From: a virus
IMG/VR virus record: IMGVR_UViG_3300028392_000053
Coordinates: 20,532-84,531 of that record
Strand: one strand, 5' to 3'
Length of the DNA: 64,000 nucleotides
This document shows positions 9,407-18,923 of this stretch, one piece after another (positions within the stretch are counted from its first letter, which is position 1; the number at the start of each line of letters is the position of its first letter). The notes under the pieces are model-generated. The model saw only the letters and a program-made list of their open reading frames with translations. It did no database searches and was not told the DNA's origin. A program made the translations under genes and the position numbers.

Positions 9407-10537
9407 ATGTTCAACAAAAACGTATTCACCCAAACTGATGCTGTCGCAGACCTCATCAAAGGTATCAATGAAGCCGATTATAAGGCTAAGATGGAAGCAC
9501 TCAAGGGCAATCAACCCGAAATTGATAAAAATAAGAACAACAAAATTGATGCTCACGACTTCAAAATTCTTCGTGGTGAAAAAAAAGTCAATGAAGAACA
9601 AGTTGAAGAAGCAGACACAAGTGTTAAGATTCCTACTTCAACCGGTACAAGAGTTTTGGGTCACCGTTATGGTAACGCCGCAAAAACACACCGTGATTCA
9701 CTGGCTGATCCGTTTGCTGTGGTTAGAGGTCCTGGTCAAAAAGACATGGAAGCCCTCGGAAAGAAAATGGCTAAAAAAGAAGAAATTGATCCGAATGTTA
9801 CAACAACCGACACTCTAACGGGTAGAGTTGCTGGTAAGTCTGCTAATCCATTTCTAAAAGCTAAAGTTAAACTCAATGTTAACGAAGAAGATTTGGATGA
9901 AGCTACGGAGAAAAAATATGAACCCATGGTGACAAAAATCGCAGATTTCATGACCCGCCAAAATAGATTGGCTGCGGCCGGTGCTCAAACTGCAAAAGAT
10001 CCAGCACGTTTAAAAAGAATGATGAATATTCCTGGATACTCAGCGGCAATGGATTTAGCTAAAAAAACAACTACAAAAGAAGAAGTTGATAATCTACATC
10101 CAGCTGGTGCCGCTTTATTGAAGCATATCAAACCAGAACACCACAATTTGTATAAGCCACATTTGGCACAGGGTACATTTAATGGTTCATTTGCAGACCG
10201 TCATGCAGTTTTAAGTGCCGCTAAACAAGCTGGTCACTTAAAAGAAGAAGCAAAAAAAGAAGACCCACCATTTGATGGCCCCTACAAAAAACCAGATACA
10301 AAACCTGGCCACGGTGATGCTTCTAGAGTTAAACATTTAGCTAAAATGGCCATTCCAAAAACAACTAAAGAAGAAGTTGAAATGAATGAACGTTCATTGT
10401 CTCCTGCTGAAAAAGATGCAGTTGAAGTTAATGTTAAATCTATGAAAAAGAACTTAGCTGGCTTTAAAGCACGTTATGGCAAAGATGCAAAATCTGTAAT
10501 GTATGCAACAGCAACAAAACAGGCCAAAAAGGACTGA
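9407..10537 (+). CDS. putative internal head protein / mosaic polyprotein
   Basis: IDKNKNNKIDAHDFKILR and YGKDAKSVMYATATK modules separated by [LIV]xE sites. Confidence 0.55.
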   Translation: MFNKNVFTQTDAVADLIKGINEADYKAKMEALKGNQPEIDKNKNNKIDAHDFKILRGEKKVNEEQVEEADTSVKIPTSTGTRVLGHRYGNAAKTHRDSLADPFAVVRGPGQKDMEALGKKMAKKEEIDPNVTTTDTLTGRVAGKSANPFLKAKVKLNVNEEDLDEATEKKYEPMVTKIADFMTRQNRLAAAGAQTAKDPARLKRMMNIPGYSAAMDLAKKTTTKEEVDNLHPAGAALLKHIKPEHHNLYKPHLAQGTFNGSFADRHAVLSAAKQAGHLKEEAKKEDPPFDGPYKKPDTKPGHGDASRVKHLAKMAIPKTTKEEVEMNERSLSPAEKDAVEVNVKSMKKNLAGFKARYGKDAKSVMYATATKQAKKD

Positions 10538-10540
10538 AAA

Positions 10541-12772
10541 ATGAGCAATGCTGGTAAATTAGTCAAGAGTTTGTTGAAGGCCGAGAAAGAGTCTGTTATG
10601 GGCAAACTTGGCGATTCACCATATGAAGATCCAATGGAACCTTGGTCTGCAAAATATGCACAACCTGTTAAAGAAGAAATTCTGAATGAAGATGGACTTT
10701 TAATGAAGTACATCCGTTCACTTGGCTTTAATCCAGAGTTCATGTCTTTCGCACAGCGTTCTTCATATGCACGTTCAAATGCATTTAAGACTTATAAAAC
10801 GGGTCACACTTTTGATGCTAAAAAACAGAATTTGAAAACTGAAGAAACCGAACAACTCGATGAAGCTGGTACTGGTCTTCTAATGTCGTTCATTAAGTCT
10901 AAAGGTTTGAATCCTTTGTCTATGGACGGAAACCAAAAGAAAGCATATGCACGTTCTTCTGAATTCAGAATTTTCAAAATGCGCCACGTGAAAGAAGCAT
11001 CTGGTATGGGTGAGCGTGGTGATGATTGGAATGAAGCATCGTCACCTGCACAACAAGCGGCTATTGCAATTAATATGAAAAAACGTGGTATCAAGCCCAA
11101 GAATGTTCAAGAAGAAGCTGATGCCAAAGACACAGTTTGTTTTGATATTCCTTTACTCATTCGTGTTCTTGAGTTTACCCGTGAAGATATGAAGACTGAT
11201 ATCGAACTTCACAATATGGTTGAACGTTTGATTGATATGCGGAATGAAGTTCCATTGACCATGGACAACTATGATGCTATCACCGGTAAATTAAAAGAAT
11301 CTGTTTCATATGAACCGAATACTGGTCGCCAAACAAAAACTGGCGCAGGTCATACAATCGTAGGACACTCATTTCATTCAAATGGGACCAAACATGCCAA
11401 CATCATGAAACATGGTGAAACAGGCAAATATTTTGCGTCTGGTGGAAGTTCTTCACATCCCGTTAAAAGCACAACATTCCATGATTCACCTGAACAGGCT
11501 GCACAAAGCAAGAAGTCTTATGTGAAAGAAAGTAAAGACGCCGGTGAATACGATTATGAAGGCGCAATGGCCAAGACTCAGCTACAAACAATTTGTAGAA
11601 ACGCCGATGACTTGAAAAACATGCTGAAAGATGATGAAAATCTTCCAGAGTGGGTTCAAGCCAAAATAACAAAAGCTGAAGATTATATCACAACTTCTTT
11701 GGACTACTTAAAGTCTACGCAAGAACTTGATGAAGAAGTTGTAAACGAATTATCAAACACCACTCTGAAATCATACGTTGCCACTGTTGCAACCACACCT
11801 GGTCGTGGTATGACACCAAAAGGTACACTGAAAAGTATCAAGGCTATTGGTGGTGTTACAAAAGCAATCCGTAAACAATACGAAAAACCAATTTCAGAAC
11901 TAAAAGATCAAGATGATAATCAAGAACTTGATAGCCGTATTACACGTGAAGATTTACGTAAATGGTTTAGCAAAACTGATCCTCAAGGTGATTGGAAAAG
12001 GATCAATTCAAAAGGTGATGCTATAGGTCCTTGTGCTAGAGAACCCGGTGAGCCAAAACCAAAATGTATGTCCAAAGAAAAACGCAGTGAACTCAGTAAG
12101 AGTGAACGTGCGGCCGCAGTAGCCACCAAACGTAGAAATGATCCAGTTGCCGATAGAGCCGGCAAGGGTGGTAAACCCGTCAATGTTTCAAATTACGGCA
12201 AAGGTAAATTAAGCGAAGATGAAGTTGATGAAGCATGTTGGGATACACACAAACAAGTCGGCATGAAAATGAAGGGTGGCAAAATGGTTCCAGATTGCAG
12301 ACTTAAAAGTGAAGAAGCGGAACACATTGAAGAAAAAAACAGCCCAACGAATCCAGCACTATGGTCGAGAGCAAAGTCTATGGCACGCTCCAAGTTTGAT
12401 GTTTACCCTTCTGCATATGCAAATGGTTGGGCATCAAAGTGGTATAAGTCAAAAGGTGGTGGATGGAAATCCGTTTCCGAAGATGTTGTTCAAGAAGGTA
12501 TCGGTGGTATCGAAGATTCACCAATGTCAGCAACAAATTCTGTAAAGGCTATGGAGTCTGAACAACGCAAAAAGAATATGAAATCTGCACGTATCATCAA
12601 ATCCATCTATAAAAAGAAGGGTAAAAATGAAAGCATGTATGATTGGGAAAAAGATGATAAGCCCAACGCAAAAATTACATTACAAGGTGGTAGCACTATG
12701 ACAGGAAAGCCACGCGACACAGTTGAAATTGAGCCTGTTCTTAAGACCAGACCTAATTCACAGAAACAATAA
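10541..12772 (+). CDS. putative internal head polyprotein (includes DUF5872-like modules)
   Basis: Modules EYDYEGAMAKTQL, EDLRKWF..GDW, EACWDTHKQVGMK and FDVYPSAYANGW separated by many [LIV]xE(E/A/D/S) sites. Confidence 0.6.
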   Translation: MSNAGKLVKSLLKAEKESVMGKLGDSPYEDPMEPWSAKYAQPVKEEILNEDGLLMKYIRSLGFNPEFMSFAQRSSYARSNAFKTYKTGHTFDAKKQNLKTEETEQLDEAGTGLLMSFIKSKGLNPLSMDGNQKKAYARSSEFRIFKMRHVKEASGMGERGDDWNEASSPAQQAAIAINMKKRGIKPKNVQEEADAKDTVCFDIPLLIRVLEFTREDMKTDIELHNMVERLIDMRNEVPLTMDNYDAITGKLKESVSYEPNTGRQTKTGAGHTIVGHSFHSNGTKHANIMKHGETGKYFASGGSSSHPVKSTTFHDSPEQAAQSKKSYVKESKDAGEYDYEGAMAKTQLQTICRNADDLKNMLKDDENLPEWVQAKITKAEDYITTSLDYLKSTQELDEEVVNELSNTTLKSYVATVATTPGRGMTPKGTLKSIKAIGGVTKAIRKQYEKPISELKDQDDNQELDSRITREDLRKWFSKTDPQGDWKRINSKGDAIGPCAREPGEPKPKCMSKEKRSELSKSERAAAVATKRRNDPVADRAGKGGKPVNVSNYGKGKLSEDEVDEACWDTHKQVGMKMKGGKMVPDCRLKSEEAEHIEEKNSPTNPALWSRAKSMARSKFDVYPSAYANGWASKWYKSKGGGWKSVSEDVVQEGIGGIEDSPMSATNSVKAMESEQRKKNMKSARIIKSIYKKKGKNESMYDWEKDDKPNAKITLQGGSTMTGKPRDTVEIEPVLKTRPNSQKQ

Positions 12773-12775
12773 ATA
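12768..12775 (+). promoter_or_regulatory. T4-type late promoter variant (AATAAATA)
   Basis: One mismatch to TATAAATA, upstream of an AGGAG RBS and the structural-like ORF at 12808. Confidence 0.5.
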
Positions 12776-12807
12776 GTAAATAGAATTCTTTCAAGGAGAA
12801 AAATAAA

Positions 12808-13356
12808 ATGTCAACAGCTTTCTGGACAATGACAGATGCAAACACTGGTGTTCCACTTTTTGCACCGGCAGCTTTAAAAATATCACCAACACGTGCAAAC
12901 GCAAACGTTATATATGCGAATGCCAACGTAGCACAAGCATTTTCTTCTGCTATAGGTGTTTGGGGTGTAGATACACAAGAAGCATCGAACACACAAGTAA
13001 CACCTGCCGCAGGTAAAATGGCACACGCTGGTTGGGTGCAAAAGACCTCCGGTTTGGGACCAGTTGTAACAATTAGAGCAAATGCCAGTTCTTATGGAAC
13101 AAATAGTTTCGTAACATTCTCTGGTGGTGGCACAGGTAGCACAGTCGCTAATGCTACTGTTTCTGTTGCAACGAATGGTTTGATTCAATCGGTTACAATA
13201 AATTCTGGTGGCTTGTATATCACAACACCAACAGCCGTACCCGTGAGTGGTAACGCCGCATTCACCGTAACAATGGGTGGTCGTGCAAATCGTTCCCAAT
13301 ATGAAACTCTAGTTGCAACCGGAAGTATCACCGGTAACGGTGCAGTTATCGTATAA
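12808..13356 (+). CDS. virion structural protein (putative)
   Basis: Gly/Ala/Thr/Asn-rich beta-type composition; HAGWV and GGRANRSQYETLVA motifs; strong RBS. Confidence 0.6.
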   Translation: MSTAFWTMTDANTGVPLFAPAALKISPTRANANVIYANANVAQAFSSAIGVWGVDTQEASNTQVTPAAGKMAHAGWVQKTSGLGPVVTIRANASSYGTNSFVTFSGGGTGSTVANATVSVATNGLIQSVTINSGGLYITTPTAVPVSGNAAFTVTMGGRANRSQYETLVATGSITGNGAVIV

Positions 13357-13360
13357 TATT

Positions 13361-13384
13361 TGGGTGGCGTAAGTCACCCATTTT
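13361..13384 (+). terminator. rho-independent terminator
   Basis: TGGGTGGC-GTAA-GTCACCCA hairpin followed by TTTT. Confidence 0.6.
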
Positions 13385-13390
13385 ATCATT

Positions 13391-13777
13391 ATGTTTGATG
13401 ATTTGAATGAAGATAATTTTTTAATGTATGCTATGAAGGCTTATACTTCACCGCATTATGTTATGAGTGAATTCGAGAGCGATTTAAAACGCACTAAATA
13501 TTTGAAAAGATTGTTCAGACGTTACAAGATCACAAAATCTCTCAAAGAAAGATTAGTTTTAAATCATTTGATTTTGCTTTATAATGTATTTGGTGCAGAA
13601 CCAGCAACACGAATATTGTTCTTTAGGATTGATGAATCTGATTATGATGTACTAAAGACCTTTTTAATATACCTAAATTACATGCCGGATATTGTCAAAG
13701 GTATAAACGGAAAAAATATAATTTCTTCCGATATACTTATGGACATGAACGTGGCGGAAATACTAAGAAAAATATGA
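13391..13777 (+). CDS. conserved T4-like phage hypothetical protein
   Basis: NFLMYAMKAY...DLKRTKYLKRL...LNHLILLYNVFG motif common in T4-like cyanophage relatives. Confidence 0.65.
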   Translation: MFDDLNEDNFLMYAMKAYTSPHYVMSEFESDLKRTKYLKRLFRRYKITKSLKERLVLNHLILLYNVFGAEPATRILFFRIDESDYDVLKTFLIYLNYMPDIVKGINGKNIISSDILMDMNVAEILRKI

Positions 13778-13962
13778 AAACGTTTAAGCAATTCATGTTA
13801 GAAGATGGTGGTGCCGTTGGTTCTGCTGGACCGGCTAATGCCGTGGGCACAGGTGCTATAGCAGGTACAGGTGGTAAAGGTGGTGAACCTGGTGTCAACC
13901 TAAAGAAAAAGAAAAATGTTGTGATGGCTCCAACATTTACACGCAAACCACCAAAGATGTAA
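13774..13962 (+). CDS. small putative head-packaged protein
   Basis: MKTFKQFMLE N-terminus resembles the T4 internal-protein capsid targeting sequence. Confidence 0.55.
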   Translation: MKTFKQFMLEDGGAVGSAGPANAVGTGAIAGTGGKGGEPGVNLKKKKNVVMAPTFTRKPPKM

Positions 13963-13963
13963 A

Positions 13964-14416
13964 ATGTGGATACTTAACTGGTTACCTTTCTGGTTTTTCT
14001 ATGCTGTGCTTGGTGTAGGCTTAATTGGTCTTGCTGTAACCTATTTGCTTAGGCTTGTTCCACTTCCTGCAATCTACATCTATAAAACTTCAATACAGTT
14101 AATCTCTGTGGCACTGATAGCCATAGGCACATACATGTCCGGCGCAATCTCAAATGAAGAAGCATGGATAGCTAGAGTAAAAGAACTTGAAGCAAAAGTT
14201 GAAGCGGCTCAAGTTGAATCAGTAAAAGAAAACGTAAAGATAGAAACCAAAGTTGTAACAAAAACACAAGTTATCAAACAACGGGGCGAAGATATCATAC
14301 AATATATCGACAAAGAAATTGTCAAGTATGATACAAAGTTTTTGCCTGGTGGTATATGTGAAATTCCAAAAGAATTTATAGAGGCACACAATAAAGCAGC
14401 CGAGGCTCCAAAATGA
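13964..14416 (+). CDS. i-spanin-like (Rz-like) protein
   Basis: N-terminal TM helices, coiled coil and a C-terminal Cys; overlaps a lipoprotein gene and precedes the endolysin. Confidence 0.65.
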   Translation: MWILNWLPFWFFYAVLGVGLIGLAVTYLLRLVPLPAIYIYKTSIQLISVALIAIGTYMSGAISNEEAWIARVKELEAKVEAAQVESVKENVKIETKVVTKTQVIKQRGEDIIQYIDKEIVKYDTKFLPGGICEIPKEFIEAHNKAAEAPK

Positions 14417-14676
14417 AATATTTGATTGTCTTATTTTTTGTTCTATTAACTGGTTGTTCAACTACAGTTCCTGTTGTTGCTAAGTTTCCAGAAGTGCCAC
14501 AACAACTTTTGGTAAAATGTCCCCAATTGCAAAAAGTAACTGATGATGCAAAAATGTCAGATATTACAAAAACAATTACTATTAACTACACAGAGTATTA
14601 TACATGTGCTGTGAAAAATGATGCTTGGATTGAATGGTACCAAATACAAAAAATTATATTTGAGGGATTAAAATAA
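14413..14676 (+). CDS. o-spanin-like (Rz1-like) lipoprotein
   Basis: Lipobox LTGC, Pro-rich segment and two further Cys. Confidence 0.7.
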   Translation: MKYLIVLFFVLLTGCSTTVPVVAKFPEVPQQLLVKCPQLQKVTDDAKMSDITKTITINYTEYYTCAVKNDAWIEWYQIQKIIFEGLK

Positions 14677-15299
14677 TGGAACTATCATTACAACAACTAA
14701 AACAATTACTTCCTAAAAATCCTTATGTTGACCACTGGCACCATGCGCTGGCTCAACTTTTACCGGACTATGAAATTAATACACCGCAACGTATGGCAGC
14801 TTTCATTGCACAGTGTTCACATGAGTCTGGTGGGTTTACTGCACTTCAAGAAAACTTAAACTACAAACCACCAACACTCCGTAAGATTTTCCCCAAGTAT
14901 TTCCCTGATGATACAATTGCTAATGAATATTGTTCACGTAAAAATAAACAGGAAGCTATTGCAAATCGTGTTTATGCAAGCCGTATGGGTAATGGTGATG
15001 AAGCATCAGGTGACGGATACAAATATCGTGGTCGTGGACTCATTCAATTGACCGGTAAAGACAACTATAGTTTTTTTGCTGGTTCATTACAAATATCCGT
15101 AGAAGAAGCCGCAGAATATATGGCAACGTTTGAAGGTGCCGCGCAATCCGCTTGCTGGTTCTGGGAAACAAACAACCTAAACCAATGGGCAGATAAGGGT
15201 GATATTTTAACATTGACTAAACGAATCAATGGTGGAACAATTGGTTTGGAAGACAGAATTAAACATTATGAACATGCACTACATGTTTTAGGAGTTTAA
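14676..15299 (+). CDS. endolysin, glycoside hydrolase family 19
   Basis: FIAQCSHESGGF...ENLNY, YRGRGLIQLTGKDNY and TKRINGGTIGLEDR motifs. Confidence 0.92.
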   Translation: MELSLQQLKQLLPKNPYVDHWHHALAQLLPDYEINTPQRMAAFIAQCSHESGGFTALQENLNYKPPTLRKIFPKYFPDDTIANEYCSRKNKQEAIANRVYASRMGNGDEASGDGYKYRGRGLIQLTGKDNYSFFAGSLQISVEEAAEYMATFEGAAQSACWFWETNNLNQWADKGDILTLTKRINGGTIGLEDRIKHYEHALHVLGV

Positions 15300-15300
15300 T

Positions 15301-15600
15301 ATGAAAGATAAACAATTGCTTTTGGGTGGAATTGCTTTAATTTTACTCCCTCTTTCATTAGCATTTTTTGGTGGGGATAGATTTCGTTATCCATGTCAAG
15401 ACTCGTTGAATTGGGACAAACCAATTTGTCAAAAACCAGCTTGTGACATAACTAGAACTTGTGTAGAACATGTGTTCAAGGGACAAAGAGATCCTAGATT
15501 AGGTCCTCCTGAGGAACCACAGAATACATTAGCAAAACAACAATTAAATGCGGCATCTGCTTGCACACCAGTACACCAAGGAGCAAATTGTGGAAAATAA
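15301..15600 (+). CDS. membrane-anchored Cys-rich protein
   Basis: N-terminal TM followed by DRFRYPCQD...CQKPACDITRTC. Confidence 0.55.
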   Translation: MKDKQLLLGGIALILLPLSLAFFGGDRFRYPCQDSLNWDKPICQKPACDITRTCVEHVFKGQRDPRLGPPEEPQNTLAKQQLNAASACTPVHQGANCGK

Positions 15601-16069
15601 TGACGTAATGTATACAGAAGAACAATTGATGGCCAGATTGAAATTCTTTATTGGAGTTTGCTTGGCACTAACACTAACAGGAATCGTTTTCGTTGTCCTA
15701 TATTCAATCATCTTTGTTACTCAACCACTCAATGCAATTTCTCCAATTGACCAAAAATTCTTTGAGTTGATTATTCCAATTGCCACATTTTTGACTGGTA
15801 CACTATCAGGTATCATGCTTGCTGGCAATGATAAAGATTTAAGGGCTCAAGCACTTACTGCGGCTAATAAACCACCAGTAGTTTCGGGACCACCGCCAAG
15901 TTCTCTTACACCTGCTCCAGCATTTTCATCGGCACCTAGCTTTTCCACACCAATCACAAATTCTTTTGGTGTACAATCGATGAATTTTGGAAGTGTAGCA
16001 GAACCACAAGTTGTAACAGGCTTTGGAGGAAAACCTGCTCCGGCACCTGCACCTCAACCTGAACTATGA
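15590..16069 (+). CDS. two-TM membrane protein with Pro-rich tail (holin-like)
   Basis: GTG start after AGGAG; two hydrophobic helices; located in the lysis cassette. Confidence 0.55.
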   Translation: MENNDVMYTEEQLMARLKFFIGVCLALTLTGIVFVVLYSIIFVTQPLNAISPIDQKFFELIIPIATFLTGTLSGIMLAGNDKDLRAQALTAANKPPVVSGPPPSSLTPAPAFSSAPSFSTPITNSFGVQSMNFGSVAEPQVVTGFGGKPAPAPAPQPEL

Positions 16070-16296
16070 TGAATTTTTTAACCAGTATGTTGACTGATCG
16101 AACTAATGATTCGATCAGCAGTAAAAGGGTAATAACATTTTTAGCATTTTTAATGTGTGGTGTAGCTTTTATTGCTGAGTTGTTTTGGGGTTATAAAGTT
16201 TCAGTACAAACATTTGATGCCATGATGTACATTGTCGTGGCTGGATTAGGATTTACCGCATCAGAAAAATTTGGCAAAAAGGAATTACTAAAATGA
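16066..16296 (+). CDS. holin-like membrane protein
   Basis: SSKRV followed by two TM helices and a basic C-terminus. Confidence 0.55.
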   Translation: MMNFLTSMLTDRTNDSISSKRVITFLAFLMCGVAFIAELFWGYKVSVQTFDAMMYIVVAGLGFTASEKFGKKELLK

Positions 16297-16499
16297 AAAT
16301 ACTAATATTATCACTCGCATTATTGTTTGGTATAACCACATCAGGTTATGCTAGTGCTGAAAAAACTAAAGTGTGTGTCGATGTTAAAGACAAAGCGGGC
16401 AATACTGTTAAAGATGCCAAAGGCAACATAAAACAGAACTGCAAGGAAATGAAAGTGCATAAAAAACTAGAAGGAACAGAAGTTCCTGTGAAAAAATAA
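16293..16499 (+). CDS. small secreted protein
   Basis: Signal peptide followed by a Lys-rich domain with two Cys. Confidence 0.5.
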   Translation: MKILILSLALLFGITTSGYASAEKTKVCVDVKDKAGNTVKDAKGNIKQNCKEMKVHKKLEGTEVPVKK

Positions 16500-16500
16500 A

Positions 16501-16806
16501 ATGGCAACAACGACAGAGCGACTTGGTATTGTAGAGACCAAGGTGGAAAACCTCAATGAAAAAATGGACGATCTTAAAGTGGATGTCAAAGACATCCACG
16601 ACTGTCTAGATAAGACACGCGATGACTTAAAAGGTGAACTCCAAAAAATGTATGGTGCTTCTTGTGAGCAACATGCCGCCTTGGCCAAGGATATTTCCGA
16701 TTTGAAAAAAATGAAAGATAAATGGACTTGGATGATTGCCGGTGGCTTAGCTGTCGGTGGTTTTGTTGCAGGACATTCAGATAAAATCCTTTCTCTGTTA
16801 AGTTAA
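16501..16806 (+). CDS. coiled-coil protein with C-terminal TM
   Basis: Heptad pattern then WMIAGGLAVGGFV. Confidence 0.55.
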   Translation: MATTTERLGIVETKVENLNEKMDDLKVDVKDIHDCLDKTRDDLKGELQKMYGASCEQHAALAKDISDLKKMKDKWTWMIAGGLAVGGFVAGHSDKILSLLS

Positions 16807-16821
16807 TTACCAAAATTGGTC

Positions 16822-16850
16822 TTGCACTCCAAACAAAAATGTGCTATAAT
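16822..16850 (+). promoter_or_regulatory. sigma70-like promoter for primase operon
   Basis: TTGCAC-N17-TATAAT. Confidence 0.7.
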
Positions 16851-16879
16851 GATAGAATCTTTCATCATGATGCATCGTT

Positions 16880-17905
16880 ATGTCCGTTTTTATTGACCGA
16901 AAATATCTCAAGCTACTCTCACCGAAGTTAAACAGGTTTTCTCAAAAAAAGGAAGACCTGTTTAACTTCCGGTGCCCGTTCTGTGGCGACTCGCAGAAAC
17001 ACCTCCATAAAGCACGTGGCTATGTTTACCGCAAAAAGAATGACTACTTCTATAAGTGTCAGAATTGCAGTGTTGGCCATACAATGTATAACTTTATCAA
17101 TTTACTTGATGCAAACATGGTTAAAGAATATGCCATGGAACGTTATACCAACGGAGAAACTGGAAATCAAAACTATCAGAAACCTGAAAAACAGGAACTA
17201 AAGTTTGAAGCACCAGTATTCAAGAAAAAACGGGTAGAAATCAATCTACCAAAAATTATTGACCTTCCGATGGATCACTATGCGTCAAAGTATTGCATAG
17301 GACGAAAAATTCCAGAGGCTACATATAATACACTATATTATGCACATGACTTCAAAATCTTTATCGATGAGTTACTTCCAGACCACGGTAAAGATTTGAA
17401 GGAAGATGATCCTAGACTTATTATACCCTTTTACGACAATGATGGTACATTGTTGGCGGTTCAAGGTCGTTCACTCCGTGATTCAAAGATTCGTTATATT
17501 ACAATTAAAATAGCAGAAGAAAGTATTAAGATTTTTGGACTCGACAGGGTGAATTTAGAAGAAAAAATTTATGTAACTGAAGGTCCGATTGATTCACTTT
17601 TTCTTCCTAATGCTGTTGCTACTGCCGATGCTAATTTAACAAATGCAGTCAATTATATACCGAGAGAGAAGTTGGTTCTAGTGTTTGATAATGAACCAAG
17701 AAACAAAGACATATGTAAGATAATGGACAAGGCAATTGAAAATCATTTTGCAATTTGCATTTGGCCGGAGATGATGCAAGAGAAAGATGTTAACGATATG
17801 ATTTTATCTGGGTTTACCAGTGATGAGATTGTTGATATCATAGACAAAAACACCTTTGTGAATTTGAGGGCAAAGATGGAATTTATTCAATGGAAGAAAG
17901 TATGA
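16880..17905 (+). CDS. 61: DNA primase (T4 gp61-like)
   Basis: FRCPFCGDS...YKCQNC Zn finger; TEGPIDSLF and FDNEPRN TOPRIM motifs. Confidence 0.93.
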   Translation: MSVFIDRKYLKLLSPKLNRFSQKKEDLFNFRCPFCGDSQKHLHKARGYVYRKKNDYFYKCQNCSVGHTMYNFINLLDANMVKEYAMERYTNGETGNQNYQKPEKQELKFEAPVFKKKRVEINLPKIIDLPMDHYASKYCIGRKIPEATYNTLYYAHDFKIFIDELLPDHGKDLKEDDPRLIIPFYDNDGTLLAVQGRSLRDSKIRYITIKIAEESIKIFGLDRVNLEEKIYVTEGPIDSLFLPNAVATADANLTNAVNYIPREKLVLVFDNEPRNKDICKIMDKAIENHFAICIWPEMMQEKDVNDMILSGFTSDEIVDIIDKNTFVNLRAKMEFIQWKKV

Positions 17906-18570
17906 ACGTTAAATTAATTAATTATTCACAAAGTCTTGATGGTATGAATTTATTAGAACAGGTGGCATTTGCCGCACGTGTTTCTAATCCATCAAACCAA
18001 AACAACTCGGAGACTGCTGAGAAGTTGGTTCGTTATCTGATTAAGAACCAGCATTGGTCGCCACTGGAGATGGTCTCCGTGTGCTTGGAGATTGAAACTA
18101 CACGTGACATTGCACGACAAATTCTCCGTCACCGTTCCTTTTCATTCCAAGAATTCTCACAACGGTACGCACGTGCCGATGACCTAGGTTTTGAACTCCG
18201 TCAAGCGAGATTGCAAGACACAAAGAATCGTCAAAATTCAATTGAAATGGATATTGCCGATGATGCCCACCGCCAGATTGCATATCAATGGGAAAATTTA
18301 CAAAATGATTTACTTAAACGCACAAAGGATGTTTACACGTGGGCTTTAAATAAAGGTATAGCGAAAGAGCAAGCACGTGCCATATTACCAGAAGGTAACA
18401 CAAAATCACGCATGTACATGAACGGAACCCTCCGTTCTTGGGTACACTATATACAGCTCCGATCCGGTAACGGAACACAAAAAGAACACCGTGATGTTGC
18501 ACTAGCATGTGCAGATGCGATTCAACCAATTTTTCCAATGATTGAGGAGTATATTGATGGACAGTCATAA
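17902..18570 (+). CDS. thyX: FAD-dependent thymidylate synthase
   Basis: HWSPLE, QILRHRSFSFQEFSQRY, EQAR and TQKEHR motifs. Confidence 0.95.
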   Translation: MNVKLINYSQSLDGMNLLEQVAFAARVSNPSNQNNSETAEKLVRYLIKNQHWSPLEMVSVCLEIETTRDIARQILRHRSFSFQEFSQRYARADDLGFELRQARLQDTKNRQNSIEMDIADDAHRQIAYQWENLQNDLLKRTKDVYTWALNKGIAKEQARAILPEGNTKSRMYMNGTLRSWVHYIQLRSGNGTQKEHRDVALACADAIQPIFPMIEEYIDGQS

Positions 18571-18919
18571 TGATGTTAAGACCTTTATGGATGCTTGTGA
18601 CCAAAAGGAAACGGGATTCAATAAACAAGCAGACCTATATTTTAGGTTAATACGTGAAGAATTTGATGAATTGGTCAAAGCGTATTTTGAAAAAGATATG
18701 GTTGAAATTGCCGATGGCTGTGCAGATTTAAAATGGGTGATTGAGGGATTAGAACATACGTTGCAACTTCCACAACAAGAAATTTGGAATGAAATTGCAA
18801 GAAGTAATTTAGCCAAGATTGACCAAGAAACCGGAAAAGTCTTAAAAAGAAATGATGGAAAAGTATTGAAGCCGGAAGGCTGGACACCACCCAACATTAA
18901 AGCAATTATAAAAAGGTAA
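18557..18919 (+). CDS. MazG-like / PRA-PH family NTP pyrophosphatase
   Basis: LIREEFDEL, EIADGCAD, SNLAK and DGKVLKPEGW motifs. Confidence 0.8.
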   Translation: MDSHNDVKTFMDACDQKETGFNKQADLYFRLIREEFDELVKAYFEKDMVEIADGCADLKWVIEGLEHTLQLPQQEIWNEIARSNLAKIDQETGKVLKRNDGKVLKPEGWTPPNIKAIIKR

Positions 18920-18923
18920 GAAT

